A DNA stretch of 64,000 nt from a virus. The stretch lies in the IMG/VR virus record IMGVR_UViG_3300031595_000166, positions 32,001 through 96,000 of that record; one strand, 5' to 3'. Below are positions 50,026 through 60,047 of this stretch, piece by piece. The translations under genes were made by a program, and so were the position numbers. The notes under the pieces were generated by a model that was not told the DNA's origin, searched no databases, and saw nothing but the letters and a program-made list of their open reading frames with translations. The first letter of the stretch is position 1. Every line of letters begins with the position of its first letter.

Positions 50026-50056
50026 TTATTCTGGTATGTCAATCACCGTTAAATAG

Positions 50057-50092
50057 AAAAAGAGGTGAGCAGATTTCTCCGCCCACCTCTTT
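50057..50092 (-). terminator. intrinsic terminator after ompA-like gene
   Basis: AGAGGTGGGC/GCTCACCTCT stem followed by T tract. Confidence 0.75.
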
Positions 50093-50125
50093 CATTTACT
50101 TCCGCTTTTCTTTGCTTACTATTTA

Positions 50126-51151
50126 CTATTGTTGAACTTTTACGAGACGAACAACAATCGTATCAACTCGACGATTGCTTGCATCGTTTGGCTCGCCAGT
50201 TGCACCGAATGCTACTGGATGAAGTTGTGCACGATCAACCTTGCCAGTTGTAGCAAGGAAGTCTGCTACTGCACGAGCGCGGTTATTTGCGAGAACAAGA
50301 TTAGCAGTGCTATCACCTTCTGCACTTGCATAACCTTCGATTACGAGCATGAAGCCCTTGGTTGCCGGAAGAGTGTTATACTCTTCTGCAAGAGAAGTTA
50401 GCGCTGTTTGTGCATCTGCACTAACAACGAAACTGCTCTTATCGAATTGAACTGATGGCATAACAAGTAGTGCTGTTCCGTCTACCGATTGTGCTGGAAC
50501 TGGAACTGGAACTGCAACTCGTTGCATTACTGTATGTTCTTGAACGACTGTTCGTGTTTGAACAACTGGTGCAACATGCTTTGATGGGAAGTCGAATGAA
50601 AGACTTAGACCAGCAGTACCAACGCTTGGATCTTCACGATTGAGCAGTGGTGTTTGCTTGTTTGCAGCATTGTATGTATCGAGAACTTTGTCCCAACCAA
50701 CATATACGCCGAGCCAAGTAGAATGCTCTTCATTTAGAGCAACATTGACGCCGACTTGTGTCATGAATGCTGGATTCCAGATTGTTCCTTGTTTGCCTGC
50801 GCCAAGTGAACCTTGAATGTAAGGATACCAACCGGCATTATGATTGCCTTGAACGCGTACGGTTCCATCGAATTGCCATAGAGTGCTTTCCTCTGTGTTT
50901 GGTGCTGATCGTGGAAGATATACGGCTGATACTGTTGGACCGATTGCGACATTTGGAAGTATAGCGAATAGACCGTCTACTTCACCTTGTGCGCCGAGAT
51001 TGAATGTATTACGATTTACGATGTCTCCGTTTGGAGCTCGTAGATTTACGGCTGGACCACCTTCAACATTAAGGGTGAGTCCTTCTGCCGAAGCAAAAGA
51101 AGCCATTGATGTGAGTGCTAATACTGATAGAACTGTTAGTGCTTTCTTCAT
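50126..51151 (-). CDS. OmpA-family outer membrane protein
   Basis: Signal peptide (AFASA), beta-barrel-like N-terminus, QFDKSS, IEGYASAEG, NLVLANNRARAVADFL, NRRVD. Confidence 0.88.
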   Translation of the reverse strand: MKKALTVLSVLALTSMASFASAEGLTLNVEGGPAVNLRAPNGDIVNRNTFNLGAQGEVDGLFAILPNVAIGPTVSAVYLPRSAPNTEESTLWQFDGTVRVQGNHNAGWYPYIQGSLGAGKQGTIWNPAFMTQVGVNVALNEEHSTWLGVYVGWDKVLDTYNAANKQTPLLNREDPSVGTAGLSLSFDFPSKHVAPVVQTRTVVQEHTVMQRVAVPVPVPAQSVDGTALLVMPSVQFDKSSFVVSADAQTALTSLAEEYNTLPATKGFMLVIEGYASAEGDSTANLVLANNRARAVADFLATTGKVDRAQLHPVAFGATGEPNDASNRRVDTIVVRLVKVQQ

Positions 51152-51216
51152 TGTGTTTTTCTTTCTTTGTTTAGGTTAATTATTTTCAGAATAAGTTTTT
51201 CTACTCTGCGGTCAGT

Positions 51217-51245
51217 AATGTAAGGCTGGGTCAGACGGCTGTCAA
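51217..51245 (-). promoter_or_regulatory. sigma70-type promoter
   Basis: TTGACA-GCCGTCTGACCCAGCCT-TACATT. Confidence 0.75.
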
Positions 51246-51262
51246 GATCCAGCCATCAGTAT

Positions 51263-52645
51263 TTATACCGCTGCTCTTTTGCGAATGTTTTCGAGGCTGT
51301 CATCAACCAACAACTCACCGTTCTCATATACGGTTCTCATTACTGATAGGGAACACTGAATATCATTATTATTTGTCAATCTAACTGTTTCTAACTTTCC
51401 ATTAAGATTGATCAGATCTAATCTTCCCGATCTACTTCGTTTACCATGATCTGTAATTGGATCTTTGAAAACATCAACTTCATTTCCATCAACAATGGCG
51501 CTGCTACATTTCATTGCGAACTTATTTGTATCACGATCATGTTGTTGAAGCAACGCTCCTCCCATGCCGAACGCACAGTTTGATGCACTATAACCATTGG
51601 AAAGAAGTTTGTCAAGGATCTGAACGATCATTTCCTCATTGATACCATCGCCCTGAATAATACGAACGTTATTCAAGACGCGATATCCCTTTGTATTGAT
51701 TGTATGACCGAATGATTCATCAAGTAATTGTGCTGTTTTCAAAACAACATCAGGTGGATTACCAGAATCAGGACGAATAATAACTGTTGCTCCACTATTG
51801 ATTACTTCACCTTTTAGTTCACCGCCCCAATATTTACTGATAGCATTCCATAGGTTATAGCTATCACTAACTACTGCTACAAGAGCACCAGGCTTAGCGA
51901 ATTGTGTTAGCATATTACGATATGCATCACATTCTCTATCTTTGCCCCAACTTGTAATTGAAGAATGTTCCGCTGCTGGAATTGAAAATCCAGCCATATC
52001 AGAATGATAGTATTCATTAGCACATAGAATACCAGCGACTGTATCACTACCCATGAAGTTAACCAAGTGAGCAACATCACCAATCATTGCTGATTCTTGA
52101 CTTGAAACTCCACGACTTCCAAAATCATGAAGCTTGAATGGCAATTCAGCAGCAGTATTATCTGCTGATTTATCAAGAGCATTCTTGATTACATTCTTGA
52201 TTCTCCAACTAATTGTTGCGACATTGATCGGATACCATACTCTGAGAAACGAAGTTTCAATCCAAGAATAAATCCAAGGAACTTTTGGATCTGTCGACTC
52301 AACTGTAATCAGTGCGTTATGTGTTGGAACAACTGTTCCTTCTGGAACTGCACGAATACGAACTGGAATCTTACCGCCAAGATCTTTGGCAATATACATC
52401 CAGCCATCATAATTGAATACTCCCATGTGAGCTTTGAAAAACTTATTGGCTCGTTCAACTTCATCGACTGTGATGCGATGAGTTAGATATTCTTTGAGAT
52501 AGTATTGCAATCCGAAGAATACCGTTTCAGGATATTTACCACCGCGAGATTCAACGTAGCCGAATAGGCTTGTTGTATTTGGTGGATATTGATATGCGTG
52601 GCTTACTTTATAACTGTCTGTGTCGAATAGGATACTATATTTCAT
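51263..52645 (-). CDS. nadV: nicotinamide phosphoribosyltransferase (Nampt)
   Basis: DTDSYKVSH, LHDFGSRG, SIPAAEHS, VSDSYN, IIRPDSG, IIQGDG, AFGMGGALLQ. Confidence 0.95.
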   Translation of the reverse strand: MKYSILFDTDSYKVSHAYQYPPNTTSLFGYVESRGGKYPETVFFGLQYYLKEYLTHRITVDEVERANKFFKAHMGVFNYDGWMYIAKDLGGKIPVRIRAVPEGTVVPTHNALITVESTDPKVPWIYSWIETSFLRVWYPINVATISWRIKNVIKNALDKSADNTAAELPFKLHDFGSRGVSSQESAMIGDVAHLVNFMGSDTVAGILCANEYYHSDMAGFSIPAAEHSSITSWGKDRECDAYRNMLTQFAKPGALVAVVSDSYNLWNAISKYWGGELKGEVINSGATVIIRPDSGNPPDVVLKTAQLLDESFGHTINTKGYRVLNNVRIIQGDGINEEMIVQILDKLLSNGYSASNCAFGMGGALLQQHDRDTNKFAMKCSSAIVDGNEVDVFKDPITDHGKRSRSGRLDLINLNGKLETVRLTNNNDIQCSLSVMRTVYENGELLVDDSLENIRKRAAV

Positions 52646-52693
52646 TTGACTCTCCGTCTATTGTTTAATTCGGCGATCCCTCACTGGGATCGC
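52646..52693 (-). promoter_or_regulatory. twin-hairpin 5' element of nadV
   Basis: GCGAUCCC-AGUGA-GGGAUCGC then GAC-GGAGA-GUC-AA-AUG. Confidence 0.6.
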
Positions 52694-52706
52694 TTTACTG
52701 TTTATT

Positions 52707-53732
52707 TCAGTTGCCATCATCCTGATGGATGAAGTTGTAAATTATATGCCAATGATCCTCAAAAAACTCTGAACTCCTTGCATAGTATTCCGCAAGAGGA
52801 AGCCAGAATGCTTTGTCTGCATCGCTATCACCCTTCACAATAGGGAGAGCTCCTACACCAAGATTCAATTTGAATGCCTGTGTAATTGTTCTTCCGCGAA
52901 GGGAACGGCGTGGATGATCGAATGTTTTCTCACCTTTGATAGCGGAAAACAATACTTGTTTATTGAGATCAATGCTTGTCTCCTCTTTTAGCTCTCTAAT
53001 GGATGCCTCTCTAAGAGTTTCGTTTTGTTCAACGAATCCACCTGGAAGAGCAAGCAATCCTCTACCATACTTAGCACGGCGTCTCACAAGAAGAATATGA
53101 CCCGATTTAATCACGACTGTATCAACTGTTTGGAATGTAGGAGGGAACGGCGCACCAACCCATGCATTTTTATATTCAGCAAGTTCGTCGAAACTGTCTT
53201 TCAGATATGTGAACTTGTTTGTTTTTTTGAACTCCTCCAACCACTTAGCGACATTTTCTGGAACATATTTTTTGTATGATACATCGTGCGTAAAATACAA
53301 TTCACGAATGTCAGTAGCATGAAGCTTGTGTTGTGTTTTGTAGTTGATGAACTCCCAGTCAGGGAACGAATCAAGATAGTATGAAGTAATATCTGACTTA
53401 TGCCCAACGAGTGCGACATGCTCAGAACGATTTGTAATATCAAGAACCTTTTGCTGGGCTTCGATTAGCCAAGTGTTTTCGTTATATAAATAGTCTCGAA
53501 TAGGAAGAACTATAACTCTTTCCTTTTGTTCTGGCGTGAGAACTGATTCAATAATATCGTGTCGTTCTTGTGAAGAAAACGGATCTCTTGGATCGGATGC
53601 CTTGTCGTGTGATCCAATAATCATAATCACACGATCACCAATAGATAGGGCAAGGTTCAGAAGTTCATTGTGAGCGTTATGGAATGGCTGAAACCTTCCA
53701 ATAACAACTGCATATTCGTAATCTAATTTCAT
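52707..53732 (-). CDS. nadM: bifunctional NMN adenylyltransferase / Nudix ADP-ribose pyrophosphatase (NadM-Nudix)
   Basis: IGRFQPFHNAH, ATDIR, TVDTVV, ALPGGF...RELKEETS Nudix box, FFEDH. Confidence 0.93.
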   Translation of the reverse strand: MKLDYEYAVVIGRFQPFHNAHNELLNLALSIGDRVIMIIGSHDKASDPRDPFSSQERHDIIESVLTPEQKERVIVLPIRDYLYNENTWLIEAQQKVLDITNRSEHVALVGHKSDITSYYLDSFPDWEFINYKTQHKLHATDIRELYFTHDVSYKKYVPENVAKWLEEFKKTNKFTYLKDSFDELAEYKNAWVGAPFPPTFQTVDTVVIKSGHILLVRRRAKYGRGLLALPGGFVEQNETLREASIRELKEETSIDLNKQVLFSAIKGEKTFDHPRRSLRGRTITQAFKLNLGVGALPIVKGDSDADKAFWLPLAEYYARSSEFFEDHWHIIYNFIHQDDGN

Positions 53733-53774
53733 TTTGACTCTCCGTCAGTTGAAGTAAATCCCCTCGCTGGGGAT
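53733..53774 (-). promoter_or_regulatory. twin-hairpin 5' element of nadM
   Basis: AUCCCC-AGCGA-GGGGAU then UGAC-GGAGA-GUCA-AA-AUG. Confidence 0.6.
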
Positions 53775-53817
53775 GCAAGAGAAACTACCTTGCAAGTAGA
53801 TGTTGTCTTATGCCCAT

Positions 53818-53846
53818 AATGTAAGGCTGGGTCAAACGGCTGTCAA
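53818..53846 (-). promoter_or_regulatory. sigma70-type promoter of NAD operon
   Basis: TTGACA-GCCGTTTGACCCAGCCT-TACATT. Confidence 0.75.
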
Positions 53847-55027
53847 GCCCCTACATCAACAATTTTATCTGATCAATATACTTGAATATCTTTTCATCAG
53901 ATTGAAACTCATCAAAATACTTACTAATACCTTTCCCGCTAATATATCCCCAATTACCAAGTTCATCATCACAACGTCTAACTATAACGCAACTATCTAT
54001 TCTAACAACAATGTTATTGCTTACAAAATAATGATACTCGTGATCATCAGAACTATTACATCTGTTATATACAGAAGCATATGTTATAATTATTTTTTTA
54101 TCACATACGGGACAATCCATCAATATCCTCTTGGATTTAGATACTGCCAAGCAACTTTACCAGTCGCTTCTCTTTGACGATACCATGCTTCTTTCCAAGC
54201 GTTTCTGTCATCCAACACCTTCTTCAACTGCTCCTTCAAGCAATCAACTTCCGAATGATTATCAGAAACAATACTATGACATTTAACGCAACGATTTTCT
54301 TTTGCCATTGTATTCATTTGAGATTTTCCTTTATCAGTTCTTTCGGACAAGTGGGATTATTCTTTTCGAGAAAATACATCAAGTACATATCGCCCATAAT
54401 AGCGGCGTAAGAAAGAATCTTTCTTCCTTCTGGATGCATTGCAATTCGACGATCATATTCTTTGAACTTTGTGATATCAGCGGTAAAAACTTTACCATCT
54501 GGTGATACTACTTCAAGTGTATCCTCATTCAGATTGACAATAGCATCTAAATCAGAACCATAATCTGGCGTATGAGATACATGATGATAGTAATCCGTCA
54601 TCATTGCGTCAAGGCTCGGATATCCTTTTATGCCGGCAGTCTTTTCGATCCAGAAACCAAGGTCGGTTGCATGAAGACGGAATGCGGTTCCATCCGTAAG
54701 AACAAACTTGCAGATTGCTTCCGATGCATTTGGTGGTTCAATTGCGGCGATTGTTTTGCCTTCGAGGAGGGATTGAAGTTCTTTGAACTCTTTATTATTA
54801 TTTGCCATTGTTGTTTTCCTTTGTATCAATTCTATCGATCGTGTCCCCGCAGTGAATGCATATATCACATACATAGATATTGAGAATATAATAATCTCGT
54901 GTTAGCCCAGTATATCTAGCGTCAACAAAAGTTTTTATTACGTTTGGTATTTCTTTTTCATCATATCTTGCTTGATATTTATGAGAACCCGTCCAACTTG
55001 TGCATTGATTTGACATTTGTTATTTGC

Positions 55028-55234
55028 TCATTTTAGTAATAGAAGTTTTTCAATTCGTTCTTTGTCAAGATAGACAAAACCTTTAAGCGTTAATAGTCTT
55101 CCTTCTCCGGGCTTATATATCTCAACTGTGGTCAATCCATCTATACAATTATCATACCAGATAGTATATGGTGGCAGATCATGCGTGCAATGATGATCGT
55201 GCTTGATTATTTTGTTGCAGATTGGACAGTTCAT
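55028..55234 (-). CDS. small CPIC protein, C-terminal tag family F
   Basis: MNCPICN; ends GFVYLDKERIEKLLLLK. Confidence 0.75.
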   Translation of the reverse strand: MNCPICNKIIKHDHHCTHDLPPYTIWYDNCIDGLTTVEIYKPGEGRLLTLKGFVYLDKERIEKLLLLK

Positions 55235-55464
55235 TTTAACAATAGCAGTTTTTCAATTCGTTCTTTGTCAAGGTAAATCAATCCTTTGAATTCGAGAACT
55301 GCTACCCATTGAATTTTAATGTCAAACACGGCAGTACAATTTAAAATATGTGAGTATTGAACAATGTATTCGCCCATATAATGTTCGCATAGTTGACGCA
55401 ATGTTTTGTTGCATATCGGACATGAGGGAATGGGTGCGCTTGAATCGTAGATCTCGTAGATCAT
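55231..55464 (-). CDS. small CPIC protein, C-terminal tag family F
   Basis: CPICN; ends GLIYLDKERIEKLLLLK. Confidence 0.75.
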   Translation of the reverse strand: MIYEIYDSSAPIPSCPICNKTLRQLCEHYMGEYIVQYSHILNCTAVFDIKIQWVAVLEFKGLIYLDKERIEKLLLLK

Positions 55465-56237
55465 TTAGCATCGCCACAACAACGACAACCAGTAGTAGTA
55501 TCCGAATAAAATTGCCCATGACCGTATGTCATAGGTTCGCACCTATGCCTGCCCCCACCTGCGTGCCCTCCACTGAGAGTGGACGTCAGATGAAGACCGG
55601 ACGCTGGCGCATAGTATTCAGGAACACGCGTCCACTCATCGACCGACCCGATCATATTATGGATGCCAAACGGTGAAACACACTTAGGGTAGTCAGTAAT
55701 ACTGGAACTATAATCACAATTTTTCTTACCACATTTTTTAAATGGCTTATGTTCGATATCGCAGGCGCCTACATCTCTTGTGAAACCGTATGGGTATGGG
55801 TTATTCGCTTCGCCCTCACACGCAAACATCCATTCTGGATGACTACACAGCCTCATCCCCTGCTCACTACATCTCTTCTCACACTGCCCAAACGTCTGAT
55901 CATTCAGTGGCATCTTCGTCTCAGGGTTATACAACTCCTCAGTCGTAATACAATACTTCATTTTAACCGTCTTGACTAAACACTTAGCAGGTTGCTTATA
56001 TTCCGCACATCGTCTTGCAACCGAAGTAGGAGGATCGATCCAATGCAGACAAACCTCTTCTGGCTTCGGGCAGTAATTACCTTCAACCAATGTGCTTCCA
56101 ACATGACACACCTGCGGTTCCTTCGGCTCTTCTGGAACCACAATAGTAGTAGTCTTACTTGTATCTGCTGGGCTCTGAGCAGAACATAACAGTCCAACAA
56201 CACAAACAATTAGAATGAACGATAGTTTTGTTTTCAC
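55461..56237 (-). CDS. exported Cys-rich FGE-sulfatase (SUMF1/C-type lectin fold) domain protein
   Basis: Signal peptide; RLCSHPEWMFACEG, YPYG, CVSPFGIHNMIGSVDEW, GCRCC. Confidence 0.82.
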   Translation of the reverse strand: MKTKLSFILIVCVVGLLCSAQSPADTSKTTTIVVPEEPKEPQVCHVGSTLVEGNYCPKPEEVCLHWIDPPTSVARRCAEYKQPAKCLVKTVKMKYCITTEELYNPETKMPLNDQTFGQCEKRCSEQGMRLCSHPEWMFACEGEANNPYPYGFTRDVGACDIEHKPFKKCGKKNCDYSSSITDYPKCVSPFGIHNMIGSVDEWTRVPEYYAPASGLHLTSTLSGGHAGGGRHRCEPMTYGHGQFYSDTTTGCRCCGDAK

Positions 56238-56248
56238 GGATCGATTCC

Positions 56249-56467
56249 TTATTGCAACATTAGGAGTATTTCAATGCGTTGTTCGTTTTCAATTGGAATA
56301 AGTTTGTTAAGTTTTACTAGAAGCTGATCATCCAAACTAATCCATGTCTGCGGAGGAAGTCCGAATACTGTTCGCATATATTCAATTTTATATTTACCAA
56401 TGATATGGCAATGAAGTGGAAAAAAATCTATAATAACAGAATTGCAATTGGGACAATAATCATTCAT
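56249..56467 (-). CDS. small protein, C-terminal tag family F
   Basis: CPNC; ends PIENEQRIEILLMLQ. Confidence 0.7.
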   Translation of the reverse strand: MNDYCPNCNSVIIDFFPLHCHIIGKYKIEYMRTVFGLPPQTWISLDDQLLVKLNKLIPIENEQRIEILLMLQ

Positions 56468-56721
56468 TTTAGTAGCAACATTGTTTCAATGCGTTGTTCG
56501 TTTTCAATTGGAACAAGTCTATTGATTACTAGAACCTGAATATCCTTCTTAAGAAGACTAGTCTCATCAGGAACATTATCACCGGCACAAAAATAAAGTA
56601 CTTGATATTCGCCATACATATGGATATGAGATTTGATTTTATTAAGTCGGGCGGCACATACAGGACAACGATCATCCATTGTATGCAATCCATTTATACT
56701 TACCATCCTTGGACTTGGCAA
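56464..56721 (-). CDS. small protein, C-terminal tag family F (true start probably MDDRCPVC)
   Basis: CPVC; ends PIENEQRIETMLLLK. Confidence 0.7.
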   Translation of the reverse strand: MPSPRMVSINGLHTMDDRCPVCAARLNKIKSHIHMYGEYQVLYFCAGDNVPDETSLLKKDIQVLVINRLVPIENEQRIETMLLLK

Positions 56722-56893
56722 GGATCATTGATTGATGGCAATGGGAACATTTAAGAATCATCCCAGCGTGAGCCGATTCACTGCCATGTTCGTCAATAAA
56801 ATCCGAACAACAATTGAACACTCCCTCGCCGAAAACAACTTGAAAATCACTGACCTTACCAATAGTGCGCATAGGATTTTTTCTCCACGGAAC

Positions 56894-56921
56894 AACTTAA
56901 CCACGCCCCCAAGCGTGTCAA
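56894..56921 (-). promoter_or_regulatory. sigma70-type promoter
   Basis: TTGACA-16nt-TAAGTT. Confidence 0.65.
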
Positions 56922-56949
56922 GATCCCCAGTGTGGTGAAGTGTAGGATA

Positions 56950-57168
56950 TTATTTCAATAGCGTTGGAACCGCCGAACAATCTGGTTGATTCATTGGCGG
57001 GAAGTTATGTGCAGATATAACACCAAACGATTGTAATATAAATAATAACACAATCACTAATGCTACAACATTTACAATAACTTTTATTTTAGTATCAACT
57101 TTTAGTAAAGAATTAAATAAGAATAAAGAAAAGCCTAAACAGGTTAGTATAACGAGGAATGTAATCAT
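56950..57168 (-). CDS. small two-TM membrane protein (Thivi_2564-like), paralog of 59750..59944
   Basis: D.KIK.I.NVV..V.V.L..L..FG pattern. Confidence 0.6.
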   Translation of the reverse strand: MITFLVILTCLGFSLFLFNSLLKVDTKIKVIVNVVALVIVLLFILQSFGVISAHNFPPMNQPDCSAVPTLLK

Positions 57169-57227
57169 TTTATTTCTCCAACCTAATACAAAATTGTGTA
57201 TAATAATACTTATTTTGGTATTAGATC

Positions 57228-57485
57228 ATGAACAATTATAACTACAAAACATTATTAGTCTCAGGAAAAGACTCAATCCTAATCGAATTAGACGGGGAAC
57301 CAAGAGAAGTTTCCGTTGAATTCAAAAAACAACATCACCATCATCGCAAACATCATAATGTCCCATGCAATCCACATCAAGATACATTGAAACACGCTAT
57401 CGTATGTGATGATGAACTATTCTTCCTCGGAATTGAATGGTCAGTTGCAGGAATAAGAGAAGTGATCTGGTCAGTTAAATACTAA
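57228..57485 (+). CDS. small His-rich hypothetical protein
   Basis: 85 aa, first gene of plus-strand operon. Confidence 0.6.
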   Translation: MNNYNYKTLLVSGKDSILIELDGEPREVSVEFKKQHHHHRKHHNVPCNPHQDTLKHAIVCDDELFFLGIEWSVAGIREVIWSVKY

Positions 57486-57511
57486 ACAACTAAATAGTAA
57501 GAGGTAAGTGT

Positions 57512-58447
57512 ATGAATATATTGGTATTTGGATTCTATTCCCATATGAATGTGGGCGATAATCTTTTTACCGATGTCTTTCATAAACTATTCCCGCAGCA
57601 TTCATTTACATTTACCGATCATATTACAAACAATTTACTCAAAAACATATCCGCAGTATTCATTGGCGGCGGATCAATGTTATGCGACAAACCAAACATT
57701 GAAAACATCAAGAAACTAAAACTACTTCCAATATATTATATAGGAATTGGTTCTGAGACATTGATAAATCCAGTTCATTTAGATCTAATGAAGCAAGCAA
57801 AGCTAATAGCATTGCGTTCAGATCATAAACTATCTATTATTAGATCAATAAACCCTAATACAATAGTTATTCCTGACTTAGTCTATGCCTTGGCAACAGA
57901 TATAGTTCCAGATCCAATAAGTAAAACGGTTCTTGTGCTACCAAACATAGCAGTAGTCCCACAGAATAATGATCATCATTGGAAACATACTGCTTGGGAG
58001 TGGTTCAGGAATGAGTTTTCGCAGTTTTTAGATAGCATTATTGATCATGGATACAAAATATCCTTCCTATCTATGTGTCAAGACCATAAACTACACGATG
58101 ATTTTGCTTCACTTGGTATCATAAGTAGTATGAAGCACAGAGATATAGATTATATTATTGAATCGGATGATATAATAAAAACAATTTCAGAACATAGCAT
58201 TGTTATTACGCAGAGATATCATGGAATAATACTATCAGAGCTTGCAAGAACACCGTATGTTGCAATACATCATCATGATAAATTGAAAGAATCTTATTTT
58301 AATGCTGGGGCATTTGTTTCATACTACGGATTCAGTAAACAAACAATGAATGATAAGTTCAATCTTGCTATGAAGAAAGATTACAGTTATGATGTATCAG
58401 TATTTGAGAATATATTTAGAACATTAGTTAGCAAGGTGGGAATATGA
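57512..58447 (+). CDS. polysaccharide pyruvyl transferase family protein
   Basis: GFYSHMNVGDNL, IGGGSML, GIG, ALRS, PDLVY, TQRYHGIILS. Confidence 0.85.
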   Translation: MNILVFGFYSHMNVGDNLFTDVFHKLFPQHSFTFTDHITNNLLKNISAVFIGGGSMLCDKPNIENIKKLKLLPIYYIGIGSETLINPVHLDLMKQAKLIALRSDHKLSIIRSINPNTIVIPDLVYALATDIVPDPISKTVLVLPNIAVVPQNNDHHWKHTAWEWFRNEFSQFLDSIIDHGYKISFLSMCQDHKLHDDFASLGIISSMKHRDIDYIIESDDIIKTISEHSIVITQRYHGIILSELARTPYVAIHHHDKLKESYFNAGAFVSYYGFSKQTMNDKFNLAMKKDYSYDVSVFENIFRTLVSKVGI

Positions 58448-59697
58448 GTGAAAGATTCGCTGGCATAAAGAATGGAAACATTCAGGTTGTATCAGATAAA
58501 ACATTTGCGTCTGCCATAAAGATTCCAAAAGAACTTGATAATGTATTAGCAGATGATTTGATTATTGATTATAGGTATAAGAATGGACAGTTCAAGAATA
58601 AGAGTAATGTATTACCAGTTGGAGAATTGAGAGTTGCATTTATAACTAATTGGCGTATGCATTGTGGAATTGCAATGTATGGTGAAAAACTTCATAACGA
58701 ACTGGTAAAGCATGTAAAAGACATTGTGGTATTCGCAGAGATTGGCGTTGATGATAAGAAAGAAGACGGAGTTATTAGATGTTGGAAACGTGGCGAATCA
58801 ATTATGGATTTGGTTAGGGCGGTAAAAGAATACGATCCAGATGTCATATTGATCAACCACGAATGGGGGTTGTTCAGTGATTCGAGATACTGGCTTGCAT
58901 TAATGAATCAATTGTCAGAGTATCGTATAATAGTTATTCAGCATTCCGTATTCCATCACAAAGACAAAACGATATGTGAAGCAGCAATGCCGGAAGTTAT
59001 TGTTCATTTAGCTGGTGCGAAGACTGTATTGAAAGAAGAAAAGAAGATATCCGGCAGTGTATATGTTATTCCGCACGGAAGTTCTCCTTGTGTTGCTGGT
59101 AAGTATTGGAATATGTATCATAGCGACAGAACATTTTTACAGATAGGTTATGGGTTCCATTATAAAGGATGGGAAAATTGTATTAAAGCAGTTGCCATAC
59201 TCAAAAAGAAGTATGATGATGTATTCTTCACTGGTATTTTTAGTGAGAGTCATTATGCTAAGTTAGATCATCAACTATACTACAATGAACTAATGATACT
59301 TGTTAGTGAGCTGGGCGTTGAAGAGAATGTTGGTATCATACGAGGATATCAATCAGATGAAACATTGGAGTCATATTTCAGAACGAATGTTGCAGCGGTA
59401 TTCCCATATGTTAGTTCGGCTGAGCACGAAGTATTTGGTGCAAGCGGTGCGGTAAGAACAGCTATGAGCAAGGGATTGCCAGTTATTACAACGAGCGTGA
59501 ATCATTTTAGTGATGTGCCAAGTATAAAGGCTGATACACCAGAAGAGATTGCTAATGCGTTAGAGAAGGTATTCGAGAATAAAGAATATCGAGAACTCCA
59601 AGTAAAGAAACAATGCGCTTATGTTGAGGAAACAAGTTGGGAAAATGTTGGAAAGATGTATTGTGATGTGTTGGAAAGGAAAACGACCACTACATAG
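58444..59697 (+). CDS. glycosyltransferase family 4 (GT-B)
   Basis: CGIAMY, NHEWGLF, VIPHG, GYGFHYKG, AVFPY, SGAVRTAMSKGLPVITT. Confidence 0.85.
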   Translation: MSERFAGIKNGNIQVVSDKTFASAIKIPKELDNVLADDLIIDYRYKNGQFKNKSNVLPVGELRVAFITNWRMHCGIAMYGEKLHNELVKHVKDIVVFAEIGVDDKKEDGVIRCWKRGESIMDLVRAVKEYDPDVILINHEWGLFSDSRYWLALMNQLSEYRIIVIQHSVFHHKDKTICEAAMPEVIVHLAGAKTVLKEEKKISGSVYVIPHGSSPCVAGKYWNMYHSDRTFLQIGYGFHYKGWENCIKAVAILKKKYDDVFFTGIFSESHYAKLDHQLYYNELMILVSELGVEENVGIIRGYQSDETLESYFRTNVAAVFPYVSSAEHEVFGASGAVRTAMSKGLPVITTSVNHFSDVPSIKADTPEEIANALEKVFENKEYRELQVKKQCAYVEETSWENVGKMYCDVLERKTTTT

Positions 59698-59749
59698 GGA
59701 GGATGTAGTAGTCGTATTCGGACGCTGAACTGATTTTAGATGATTAGTT

Positions 59750-59944
59750 TCAGCGAAGTCTTGGGAATGTTGTAGTGCCGAGAAGTCCGAACGCCGATAA
59801 GACATATAATAAAACACAGATAACAACTACTACATTTATGATTGTTTTGATTCTGGCGTCCATTGGGATCATCGTGTTGACGAGCCAAAGTGCGATTCCG
59901 ATCACTATTAAAACAACTATTAATCCAATCATTTTGATGATCAT
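59750..59944 (-). CDS. small two-TM membrane protein (Thivi_2564-like)
   Basis: LIVVLIVIGIALWLVN..IPMDARIKTIINVVVVICV. Confidence 0.7.
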   Translation of the reverse strand: MIIKMIGLIVVLIVIGIALWLVNTMIPMDARIKTIINVVVVICVLLYVLSAFGLLGTTTFPRLR

Positions 59945-60047
59945 TTCTTATAGAGAATGGTGTTCCGATATTGGAATGATCATCTCTATCAACACAATAC
60001 TTCAATGTGCATACCCAATCTGACATAAGTATATAAGGAATATCAAC

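Noticed and set aside
55461-56237. FGE-sulfatase gene as a DGR target
   Set aside because: No template repeat of its 3' end and no reverse transcriptase in the window
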